64,000 nucleotides of DNA. Source: Clostridiales bacterium. Lineage in GTDB: Bacteria > Bacillota > Clostridia > Christensenellales > CAG-138. Location: NCBI GenBank assembly GCA_918244965.1, contig CAKJYC010000021.1, positions 85,025-149,024 of the forward strand. Direction: 5' to 3'. How positions within the stretch are numbered: the first letter of the stretch is position 1; every line of letters begins with the position of its first letter. Made by a program: the position numbers and the translations under genes. Shown here piece after piece: positions 8,757 through 17,013 of this stretch. The notes under the pieces were generated by a model. It searched no databases. It saw nothing but the letters and a program-made list of their open reading frames with translations, and was not told where the DNA came from.

Positions 8757-11102
8757 ATGTACGAGCAAAAAGCCCTCCGAATCTACAAAAGTCTGTACCG
8801 CCGACGCCGCCGTCGGCGGTTTGTTCGCATCCTGCTGATCGGATTGCTTGCACCGCTTCTCATCGGCTCTGTCTGGCTGTTTTCACAGGATGCATGGCAC
8901 GCGCTCGACCTAAAGAAGATCGTTCATGCGGACGAAACGCTGTTGATCAAGGATCGCGACGGGAAGATCGTTTCGCGCCTGTATCTGCATGAAAACCGCG
9001 TGTCCGTCGATGTACGCACCCTCCCCGCCCACGTCAAAAACGCGTTCCTTGCGGCTGAGGACGCGCGCTTCTATTCGCATCCCGGATTCGACCTGATCCG
9101 CATCGCGGGCGCCGCGCTGCACGATCTGCGCGCAGGGTCCTATGTCGAGGGAGCCAGCACGATCACACAGCAGCTCATCAAGCTGACGCATCTGAGCGCG
9201 GTTAAGACGCTCGACCGCAAGGTTGACGAGGCGATCCTCTCCTATCAGCTCGAAAAGCAGTTTACCAAGGATGAGATCCTTTCCTTTTACCTGAACCGCG
9301 TGTATTTCGGCGGCGGGTATTACGGGATCGAAGCTGCCGCCGAAGGGTACTTCGGCGTCCACGCAAGCGAACTGTCGCTTGCACAGAGCGCACTCCTTGC
9401 GGGCGTGCTGAAATCGCCTGCTACGTACGCGCCGCATCTTCGGCCGGAGGCCTCGGTCGGCCGTCGCGGCGTGATCCTCGATCTCATGGCAGAGTACAAG
9501 ATGATCGACAAGACAGAAGCCGAGTCCGCCAAGACCGAACCGCTTGTGCTCGTTCCGGATACCGTCAAGCAAAAACACGATTCCTATATTGACCTTGCTT
9601 TGACCGAGGCATGTTCGCTTCTCAACTGTGATCTTGACAGTCTGCTGACCGGCGGATACACCATTGAGACCGCGATGGATGCAAATGCGCAGCGCATTGC
9701 GGAAAACGCATTTGCAAACGATGCATATTTCCCGTTTTACGGCGATGAATCGTCCGAAGGCGCAATGGTCCTGATCGACGCAAAGACCGGCGGCGTGTCC
9801 GCAATCGTCGGCGGACGTGATACAAGCGCCGCGCTCGGCTTCAATCGCGCAACGCGGATCCGTCGTCAGCCGGGAAGCGCAATCAAACCCATCCTGGTCT
9901 ATGCGCCCGCGCTTGAAGCAGGCTATACCGCCGCGTCGATGCTGCTGGATGATCCGTCTGATTTCGGTGATTACACGCCGAGAAACGCAAGCGGGCGCTA
10001 TGAAGGATGGGTCACGATGCGCGAGGCCGTCCGAAAATCGCTGAATCTGCCCGCCGTCTCTTTGTTTCGCGAGCTCGGCGTCCAGCCCTGCAAGGCGTTT
10101 GCGACGCGTATGGGCATTCGCTTTGACGTGCGCGACGACTCGCTTGCGCTCGCGCTCGGCGGGTTCACCTACGGTGTTTCTCCGTATCGTCTGTGCGGTG
10201 CATACGCGGCGCTTGCGGCAGGCGGCATATATCGGGAGCCGTATGTGATCACGCGGATCACCGACCGGGCGGGCACGGAGCTGTATCGACATGAAACGAA
10301 TGCTTCACGTGTCATGTCGGAAGGCAATGCGTTTATCCTCACTTCCCTGCTCACCAGCGTTGCGCAGGAAGGCACGGCAAGCATGCTCTCGACGCTTCCG
10401 TTCACGCTGGCAGCCAAAACCGGTACGGTCGGTGACGAAACGGGCAATCGCGATATCTGGCTGGCCTGCTACAATCCCGAATACGCTGCCGTAGTCTGGA
10501 TGGGCTTTGACGATGCAAGCGGCGGACGCTGTCTGCCGCGCGACTCAGGCGGCGGTTCGTATCCTGCCATGCTGCTTTCGGACGTCTTTTCGGCGCTGTA
10601 TCCGGAGGGTATCGCACCGGAGTTTTCCGTACCGGCCGATGTGATCCGCGTTCCGCTCGACGCGGTCACGCTGAAGAACGAGCATATGGCCGTGCTTGCA
10701 AACGGACTGACGCCCGGCAGCAAAACGGTCTCGGAGTATTTTGTTCGCGGGACCGAACCTGTGGAAATCACACAGTACTGGCAGATCCCGGAGCCTCCGA
10801 CCGATCTCAATGTCGTTTTGTCCGGCGGTGTCGCCGAGATCACCTTCATGCCCCCGTCCCGATACATGCGTTACCGGCTGTACCGCGAGGATGCTTCGGG
10901 GTTCTCCGTTCTTCTGGAAACGTTTGAGAACGCCGTCTACCCGGTTTCGTTTTCCGACCCGGTCGATCATCTGTATGGTGAATATGCATACTATATCGTG
11001 CCGGTCCATCCATCGCTATCGTCGGACGGCGAACCGCTGTGCGGACGTTCCAGTGAGAAGAAATGGATCTCCATTTGGCGTTCTCTCCCTTTTTTGCCAT
11101 GA
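8757..11102 (+). CDS. class A penicillin-binding protein (PBP1A family glycosyltransferase/transpeptidase)
   Basis: 781 aa with an N-terminal TM. GT51 motifs are EDARFYSHPGFD and RKVDEAILSYQLE. Transpeptidase motifs are SAIKP (SxxK) and KTGT. Confidence 0.9.
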   Translation: MYEQKALRIYKSLYRRRRRRRFVRILLIGLLAPLLIGSVWLFSQDAWHALDLKKIVHADETLLIKDRDGKIVSRLYLHENRVSVDVRTLPAHVKNAFLAAEDARFYSHPGFDLIRIAGAALHDLRAGSYVEGASTITQQLIKLTHLSAVKTLDRKVDEAILSYQLEKQFTKDEILSFYLNRVYFGGGYYGIEAAAEGYFGVHASELSLAQSALLAGVLKSPATYAPHLRPEASVGRRGVILDLMAEYKMIDKTEAESAKTEPLVLVPDTVKQKHDSYIDLALTEACSLLNCDLDSLLTGGYTIETAMDANAQRIAENAFANDAYFPFYGDESSEGAMVLIDAKTGGVSAIVGGRDTSAALGFNRATRIRRQPGSAIKPILVYAPALEAGYTAASMLLDDPSDFGDYTPRNASGRYEGWVTMREAVRKSLNLPAVSLFRELGVQPCKAFATRMGIRFDVRDDSLALALGGFTYGVSPYRLCGAYAALAAGGIYREPYVITRITDRAGTELYRHETNASRVMSEGNAFILTSLLTSVAQEGTASMLSTLPFTLAAKTGTVGDETGNRDIWLACYNPEYAAVVWMGFDDASGGRCLPRDSGGGSYPAMLLSDVFSALYPEGIAPEFSVPADVIRVPLDAVTLKNEHMAVLANGLTPGSKTVSEYFVRGTEPVEITQYWQIPEPPTDLNVVLSGGVAEITFMPPSRYMRYRLYREDASGFSVLLETFENAVYPVSFSDPVDHLYGEYAYYIVPVHPSLSSDGEPLCGRSSEKKWISIWRSLPFLP

Positions 11103-11128
11103 ATTTACACTTTCTTTGCATTCGAAGG

Positions 11129-11157
11129 TTGACGAATGAGCGAAATTATATTATATT
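11129..11157 (+). promoter_or_regulatory. sigma-A-type promoter candidate for the GntR gene
   Basis: TTGACG (11129-11134), 17-nt spacer, TATATT (11152-11157), in a locally AT-rich stretch. Confidence 0.45.
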
Positions 11158-11216
11158 GTAAATAGGATAAACATATTTTGTGTTTCCGCAAATATGATAA
11201 TGGAGAGTGAGTAAAA

Positions 11217-11885
11217 ATGGATTACAAGGCCTTGGCAGCCAACATCGAGAATCGTGAAGGATTCGGAACCCAGGAATGGGTCTACCGCGTTTTGCGTTCG
11301 GGTATCGTAAACGGTGTTCTTCCCGGAGGAATGCAGCTGAAGCAGGATGAGATCTCTGCTGCGCTGAATGTCAGCCATATCCCCGTACGTGAAGCGCTGC
11401 GTCAGCTGGAGGCACAGCAGCTTGTTACGATCCACGCAAACCGCGGCGCGACCGTGACCGAACTTTCCCGTGAGATGCTCATCAACACCATGCAGGTTCG
11501 TGCCGCGATCTCTACCGCTTTGCTTGCTGTTGCAATCCCCCGCATGACAGAGGAAGATTTTGCTGAGCTGGATGCGATTCTGGACGAGCAGCGCCGCACC
11601 AGCGAGCTCTTAAAGTCCGAGGATCTCAACATGCACTTCCACGAAGTGCTGACCGCAAAGGCGAACAATTCCGTCGCCGATATGCTGATGGAGATCATCC
11701 ATGCAAACATTGATCGGTATCTCAGAAGCGGCTTCTACAGCGACGCGGCAGAGCGCGAGATCTCGGTCGGCGAGCATGAAAAGATCCTTGCTGCGTGCAA
11801 AGCACGCAATGTCGACGAGGCGGTTCGCCTGCTGCACGCGCATATCATGGACGCCGCCGCGCTGATCCCCGAAAACGTACGATAA
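11217..11885 (+). CDS. GntR family transcriptional regulator (FadR/FCD subfamily)
   Basis: 222 aa. The N-terminal wHTH is LKQDEISAALNVSHIPVREALRQLEAQQLV, followed by an all-helical FCD-like C-terminal domain. Confidence 0.85.
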   Translation: MDYKALAANIENREGFGTQEWVYRVLRSGIVNGVLPGGMQLKQDEISAALNVSHIPVREALRQLEAQQLVTIHANRGATVTELSREMLINTMQVRAAISTALLAVAIPRMTEEDFAELDAILDEQRRTSELLKSEDLNMHFHEVLTAKANNSVADMLMEIIHANIDRYLRSGFYSDAAEREISVGEHEKILAACKARNVDEAVRLLHAHIMDAAALIPENVR

Positions 11886-11898
11886 AGCCCGACTTGCA

Positions 11899-11930
11899 AA
11901 CAGCCGCCCGAACCCGGGCGGCTGTTTCTT
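11899..11930. terminator. bidirectional intrinsic terminator (GntR gene / ger operon)
   Basis: AACAGCCGCCCG-aacc-CGGGCGGCTGTT, a perfect 12-bp stem. TTTCTT follows on the plus strand. Confidence 0.6.
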
Positions 11931-12099
11931 ACGGCATTGCAAGATACTCCCATACAAGAACCGATGAAACGGCGACGGCGAGCAGCAGCAGCACGCCGAT
12001 CGAAACGGCCTGTGCGCCGCGTTTCCTTTCGGCACTGTGGATCAGATACAGCGCGCCGCAGCCGAGCGGCGCCATCGAAAGAATCAGATACAGAATCAT
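11929..12099 (-). CDS. small two-TM protein, candidate fourth (D-like) subunit of the germinant receptor operon
   Basis: Not in the ORF track (56 aa, below its apparent 60-aa cutoff). My own translation is MILYLILSMAPLGCGALYLIHSAERKRGAQAVSIGVLLLLAVAVSSVLVWEYLAMP. The ATG lies 4 nt after the GerAC-type stop, with GGAG 7 nt upstream. Two hydrophobic helices flank a basic loop, and the terminator follows immediately. Confidence 0.5.
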   Translation of the reverse strand: MILYLILSMAPLGCGALYLIHSAERKRGAQAVSIGVLLLLAVAVSSVLVWEYLAMP

Positions 12100-12103
12100 A
12101 TGC

Positions 12104-13258
12104 TCACTCCGTTTCCGGATCGTGCGGACTGTGCGAAAGCATCACATTGACCTCGAAAACGACACGCATTGTACGGTAATCCGCCTTCCAGTCGTACGCC
12201 TCCCAATCGGCTGCGGAATAGAACCGTTTTACCGCATACCGGCCGAAGCCCATTGCGTCGCTGTTTACATGCTGCAGCGCTTTCAAAACCGCATCAAGCT
12301 CCGTTTCAAGCTGTGCTTCCAGATATGCCTTCAGCGTTTCGCTCTCCATTGCGATCGTCTGCGGCGCATACGGATCCGCTTCAAGATACACGGTCACGGA
12401 CGCCTGCTGCCCGTCGATGCGGATCTTCGGCGCGTGCGTCCGGTACAGTGTCACACGAATCGTGTATCCGTCAGGCAAGCGGAACGCCAGCTCTCCCCTT
12501 CGGAACGCACCGGTCACCATCAGTGTCTCCATCGTGTGTCTGCCGTCCAGCACACCGACCATGCGATCGCCGTCGAATACCGCGCTGCCCGCAACAGATG
12601 TATTCAGCAAGCTCTCCACCAGCAGCGAACCGCCTACGATCGGATAGGCCTCGCCTCCCGGCAGGTCCTCCGTCAGCGTGTATTCATTTGTTCCCGCATA
12701 TGCAAGCATTGCATCAAATCCGGCACCCGATACGGCTTCCAGATACATGCTGTAACCCGTATCCGGCGTGATCCCGGACGACTTTTCAAGATCCCCCACT
12801 GCAGTCTTGATCCTGCGAAGCGAAGGATCCGCCTCGGAGATCCAGCCCTCGAATACGTCGCGTATCGGTTCTTTTGCGATCACGACGCGCAGGTTCGGCC
12901 AAAGGTCCGGCTTGCCGAACGCAAAGTTCAGAAACTCGGTTTGTTCTCCGCTGCGCGCAAGGTCCTCACCGATCGCCAGCAGCGAAGCACGTGCAAAACT
13001 CAGCCGGCTCGGATACGCAGCATTCAGCGTTTCATACGCCTCCGAGAACGACATTGCCTCCGCAGATATCACTTCGTTCCTGACCTTTGTTTCCTCCGAT
13101 CCGCCGGGCGATGAGACAACCAGCGTGACAAGGTACGGCATGGTCGTTCCGCGTTCGACGCCGACGTTCAGCACATATGCGTATTCGTCTATGTTCTTCG
13201 ACTGCATGCACGAGCAAAGCAGCGTGAGACAGAACAGGATCATTCCGATGCGGCGCAT
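12104..13258 (-). CDS. Ger(x)C family spore germination lipoprotein
   Basis: 384 aa. The lipobox signal is MRRIGMILFCLTLLCSC, and the N-terminus NIDEYAYVLNVGVE is typical of GerAC/GerKC. Confidence 0.85.
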   Translation of the reverse strand: MRRIGMILFCLTLLCSCMQSKNIDEYAYVLNVGVERGTTMPYLVTLVVSSPGGSEETKVRNEVISAEAMSFSEAYETLNAAYPSRLSFARASLLAIGEDLARSGEQTEFLNFAFGKPDLWPNLRVVIAKEPIRDVFEGWISEADPSLRRIKTAVGDLEKSSGITPDTGYSMYLEAVSGAGFDAMLAYAGTNEYTLTEDLPGGEAYPIVGGSLLVESLLNTSVAGSAVFDGDRMVGVLDGRHTMETLMVTGAFRRGELAFRLPDGYTIRVTLYRTHAPKIRIDGQQASVTVYLEADPYAPQTIAMESETLKAYLEAQLETELDAVLKALQHVNSDAMGFGRYAVKRFYSAADWEAYDWKADYRTMRVVFEVNVMLSHSPHDPETE

Positions 13259-14334
13259 GTACGCGTCCTCCTTTTTCGCCTGATCAGGATCAACGGGATC
13301 GGCACGGAGATCAGTGCCCAGCTGTTTTGATAGAGTCCCTGCAAGACGGCGACCGTCAGCTCGGAATCATAATAGAGCACGAGCATCAGCGTCACGGCAA
13401 TCCCGGACAGAAGCAGCGCGGGCGGGCGCGAATCCCTTACGCCGAATGTCTTTGCGAACAGCACGCAGGCTGCATACAGATAAAACGCCGCAATCAGCAC
13501 TGCAGCGCCGAGCCACAGAAACAGCACTGCACGGTCGAGCCGCAGTGTCGGATTCTCCGCGCGTACCTCGACAAGCATTCGATAGAACGGCGACGGCATC
13601 ATTTTCAGCTCGGTATACGGAAACGTGAGCGACAGGGCAAACAGCGCTGCGGCCGCGGTCAACCCGCCCGCGATCGCGCCGATCCGTCCGGCGTTGCGCA
13701 TGGCCATACGATCCTGCGTACCCTCTCCGATACACAAAAGCGCGAGAAGCGGCGCGCATGTACGCAGCTGCGCGCTGCCCGCCAGCATAAAGATCCCGTA
13801 CGGATCACGGAACGGGATCGGATACAGCCGATACCACCGGTACTGACCGAGTCCGGAAAGCAGTGCGGCCACGATCGACAGCAGCAGGATCGGAAGCAGC
13901 ACACGCGCGGTCCGTACGATCGTTTCCGCGCCGAGTACAGTCAGCAGAAACAGGCTCGGCAGCAGATACAGGCACACCGTTACCTGCTTGGATTCGACGA
14001 ATACGTATTCCGTGACTGTCACAAGAAAACTGCCGAGCGGCTGGATCGCCGCAATCAGGAGCGCAAGGATCAGCGGCACCGCAAGCGCTTTCTTCCATCG
14101 CGCATCGCCGATCAGCGCGGACAGATCGTTGCCGCCGCGTACACGCAGCGCCCAAACGACCGCTTCAAACAGCAGCAGCGATTGGATCAGCGCCAGGATC
14201 TGCACCAGATAGGATGCGTTTCCGTTGCCGAACAGTGCGCGGCTGTCGAACGAAAAGCAGCCGCCGATGAACGATGCAAGCAGCACGATCGCCGCGCTTT
14301 CCTGTTTTCCGAAAGTACCGATCCGCAGATTCAT
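13240..14334 (-). CDS. spore germination protein, GerAB-type (APC-like permease subunit)
   Basis: 364 aa from the ATG at 14334 (ATGA overlap with the GerAA-type stop), with about 10 TM segments. The upstream part of track ORF 13240..14787 overlaps the A-subunit gene and was trimmed. Confidence 0.8.
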   Translation of the reverse strand: MNLRIGTFGKQESAAIVLLASFIGGCFSFDSRALFGNGNASYLVQILALIQSLLLFEAVVWALRVRGGNDLSALIGDARWKKALAVPLILALLIAAIQPLGSFLVTVTEYVFVESKQVTVCLYLLPSLFLLTVLGAETIVRTARVLLPILLLSIVAALLSGLGQYRWYRLYPIPFRDPYGIFMLAGSAQLRTCAPLLALLCIGEGTQDRMAMRNAGRIGAIAGGLTAAAALFALSLTFPYTELKMMPSPFYRMLVEVRAENPTLRLDRAVLFLWLGAAVLIAAFYLYAACVLFAKTFGVRDSRPPALLLSGIAVTLMLVLYYDSELTVAVLQGLYQNSWALISVPIPLILIRRKRRTRTCAASE

Positions 14335-15920
14335 ACGCGCCTCCGTTCCGTGTTCGACCAGTCGTCTGCATGCGCTCTTTGCTGAAGCTTTCCCGAAAAC
14401 AGCAGATGCTCCCGATGCTTCGTCACCGGCGCATAAGGCGTGAAGAACGGTACGCCGAACGACTTGACTGAACACATGATCGCCGTTGCGCACAGTCCGA
14501 TCAACGTGATCCCCAGCAGCCCGCCGAGCGTAGCAAAGATACACAGCAGGACCCGGTAATACGCTGCAGCGACCTGCGCGCTGTAATCGGGGATCGTAAA
14601 GTTGCCGAGGCCGGTCAGTGCAACGATGATCAGCACAACGGTCGAAACGATATTGGCCGATACAGCCGCCTGTCCGAGCAAAAGTCCGCCGATGATGCCG
14701 ATGGCGTGTCCGATGGACCCCGGCACGCGAAGACCTGCCTCGCGAACCAGCTGAAAGACCAGAAGCAGGAAAATCATTTCCATCCACAGCGGCAGGAACA
14801 CCATTGCACGCGATGCGATCACCGTTTCCAGGATCTCGCTCGAAAGCTGTCCCGGATGATGCAGTGCAAGCGCAAGGAAGTACGCCGGCAGATAGGTCGA
14901 CACAAGCGCGCCAAGCATGCGAACGATGCGCACAACCGTCCCGACCGGCTGGCGCATATCGCGGTCCTCACCGCTTTCCATCAGCGTTCCGATCGTGATC
15001 GGCAGCACGCCCGCAAGCGGACAGCCCTCGACCAGCAGCGCGATCCGCCCGTCGAGCACAGCCGAAGCCGCGCGGTCCGGACGTTCGGTTTTCAGCATCT
15101 GCGGCAGCGGCAGATAGGTGAAATCCTCAATCAGCTGTTCGATCCGTCCGACGGTCAGGCGCATATCTGTCGAGATCGTATCCAACCGTCTTTTTACCTC
15201 GTTCAAAAGTGTCGGATTCACCGTCCCCTCCAGATATGCAAGCGCAAGCTGGGTCCGGTTCGACCCGCCGGAATCGCGGAATTCGCAGACAAAGTCCGGA
15301 CGCTTCAGAATGCGTCGCATGAGCGTTACGTTTGTGCGAATGTTTTCCGTGAACGCTTCCTTTGGTCCGAGGATCGTCGTCTCGTTCTGCGGCGCGCCGA
15401 CCGGTCGCGACACAAACCCGCGCGTATCGCAGAGGATCGCCTCCCCCGTCCCGTCGAGCAGAATTGCCGTCCGTCCTTCTGTGATCGCGCGGAGCACATC
15501 CTCCCGGCTTCGGGACAGTTCCGTTTCCTGCATGGACAGCGCATGATCCCGAAAATAAGCAGGCAGCTCCTTTGCGCCGACCGTTTCACGCATGCGGAAT
15601 GCGGGACGCAGAATGAAATCCGCGACCTTCGTATCGTCCGCCATGCCGTTCAGATTGACGGCAAGCGCTCTTCTGTCCGCACCGATACAGAACGGCCGAA
15701 GGATCAGGTCTGTGTTGATCTTCGCATGAAAGCATTCGCACAGCCAGTCGCGGTTTTCGTCGAGGCGACTGGACAGCGTTCCCTTCTCCCCGGTTCGTTT
15801 CGCGCGCCGCGCCCGGCTGCGTGCAAAAAAGGACGGCGTCCCAAGGGACTCCGTCTCTCTGAGTTCAAAACGCGTGTACGGCGCATCAAATTGCAGCAGT
15901 CTGCGGATCGCTTTCTTCAT
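14331..15920 (-). CDS. spore germination protein, GerAA/GerKA-type subunit
   Basis: 529 aa. Family-wide similarity (DLILRPF...GIADDTKV-like region, a conserved core, C-terminal TM cluster). It is the first gene of the A-B-C order. Confidence 0.9.
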   Translation of the reverse strand: MKKAIRRLLQFDAPYTRFELRETESLGTPSFFARSRARRAKRTGEKGTLSSRLDENRDWLCECFHAKINTDLILRPFCIGADRRALAVNLNGMADDTKVADFILRPAFRMRETVGAKELPAYFRDHALSMQETELSRSREDVLRAITEGRTAILLDGTGEAILCDTRGFVSRPVGAPQNETTILGPKEAFTENIRTNVTLMRRILKRPDFVCEFRDSGGSNRTQLALAYLEGTVNPTLLNEVKRRLDTISTDMRLTVGRIEQLIEDFTYLPLPQMLKTERPDRAASAVLDGRIALLVEGCPLAGVLPITIGTLMESGEDRDMRQPVGTVVRIVRMLGALVSTYLPAYFLALALHHPGQLSSEILETVIASRAMVFLPLWMEMIFLLLVFQLVREAGLRVPGSIGHAIGIIGGLLLGQAAVSANIVSTVVLIIVALTGLGNFTIPDYSAQVAAAYYRVLLCIFATLGGLLGITLIGLCATAIMCSVKSFGVPFFTPYAPVTKHREHLLFSGKLQQRAHADDWSNTERRRV

Positions 15921-15948
15921 ATGGAAAGCATGCGCAGTCTTCCGTGTT

Positions 15949-17013
15949 TTATACCGTTATGAAATCGGTCCGCTCCCTGACGATCCCGTGATCGAATTCA
16001 AACAGACGAAGAACGGACGACGCTTCGCACGCAACCGACAGCATATATTCGGTATCGAGCCGGATCAGAACCGTGCGCAGCGATCGATCCGTCGCGTTCT
16101 GTTTGATTGCGGGCATCGTCTGGTCTGTGCTGCGCTTGAACGCAGCTTCCTTGCGCGTCCACAGGTACGGAACGCGCAGCCGTTCCGGCAGCGATCGCAG
16201 CATCGCTTTTTCAACGTCGTTTGCGATCCGATCGATCAGCGTCTGCCGATACCGTACATCCTCTGCAGGTTCGATGTCAATGCCGACCGGCAAATTGGAA
16301 ACAGCGGCGGCAACCGCCGTTCTGCAGTGCGACAGCGAAATGCCGCACACCGCCGACGACCATCTTCCCCTTTCGTCTTTTGTCAGCCCGGCCGTTTCGG
16401 CGTCAAGCCCGTAGCTGTGCTCCAGGCCGTTCAGCAGCACTTCCCACGCCCGGTATCGCTGTGCTTTGACCGCATCGCTGTCCGTTGCGTCGATCTGCTC
16501 CTGCCTCTCCTTCGGTAACACCGGCTCGTATGCGACCGTATCCGGAATCCTTGCGATATACACATCGGTGACCGGAAGTCTGCAGGAAAACCATTCCGGC
16601 TCCATTTCCGTAAACCCTGCTGCCTCAAACATTCGGCGGCTTTGCATATTGAAAGAATAGATGTTTGCCTTGACCTCCGAAAAGCCTTTTTCCGCCGCAA
16701 GCGCAAGCATGTCGGCGATGCAGCGGCGTCCGATATGGCGGTTCTGATACTCCGGCGCAACGACGATGCAGATCTCCGCGTTGTCGCGCAAGGTTACATC
16801 GCCCGCAAGCGCACCGCGATACCGGATATAGAAGCATTCCCCGTGCGTGCTCAAATACGAATACATGCGGCCGAGCTTCTCCGCTGTATACGGCTCGTCG
16901 ACGTTGTCGACCTGCTTCACCAAAGCGGGGTCCTGATACCACGGCAGCGTCGTTTCCGGATCCGGATAGTACGGGATCAGCATAATCTCATCGTCTACAA
17001 TGCGTTCCTTCAT
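15949..17013 (-). CDS. fusion protein: N-terminal GNAT acetyltransferase plus C-terminal Sfp-type 4'-phosphopantetheinyl transferase
   Basis: 354 aa. Residues ~1-150 have the GNAT core (QNRHIGRRCIADMLALAAEKGF). The C-terminal half carries PPTase motifs ISLSH, VGIDIE and WTRKEAAFK, i.e. (F/W)(S/C/T)xKE(S/A)xxK. ATGA overlap with the upstream gene. Confidence 0.75.
   Translation of the reverse strand: MKERIVDDEIMLIPYYPDPETTLPWYQDPALVKQVDNVDEPYTAEKLGRMYSYLSTHGECFYIRYRGALAGDVTLRDNAEICIVVAPEYQNRHIGRRCIADMLALAAEKGFSEVKANIYSFNMQSRRMFEAAGFTEMEPEWFSCRLPVTDVYIARIPDTVAYEPVLPKERQEQIDATDSDAVKAQRYRAWEVLLNGLEHSYGLDAETAGLTKDERGRWSSAVCGISLSHCRTAVAAAVSNLPVGIDIEPAEDVRYRQTLIDRIANDVEKAMLRSLPERLRVPYLWTRKEAAFKRSTDQTMPAIKQNATDRSLRTVLIRLDTEYMLSVACEASSVLRLFEFDHGIVRERTDFITV

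Noticed and set aside
13240-14787. Upstream extensions of several track ORFs (13240..14787; also 5832..6923, 7894..8727, 35674..36453, 18925..19368, 19370..20215, 57130..57447, 43171..43425).
   Set aside because: The extensions overlap the preceding gene or lack an RBS. Internal ATGs with GGAGG-type RBS reproduce the canonical family N-termini, so those were used.
8910-15962. Long antisense ORFs opposite PBP1A and the ger operon (8910..10292 minus, 11795..13114 plus, 13327..14385 plus, 14706..15962 plus).
   Set aside because: Each lies opposite a gene with clear family motifs, and the translations are Arg/His/Gln-rich with no domains.
15921-15990. GTATA-17-CATGCTT, considered as a sigma-G-type forespore promoter for the ger operon.
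   Set aside because: The -10-like element ends only 5 nt before the gerAA-type ATG, so it cannot serve that start codon. The match is also imperfect. The ger promoter remains unidentified.
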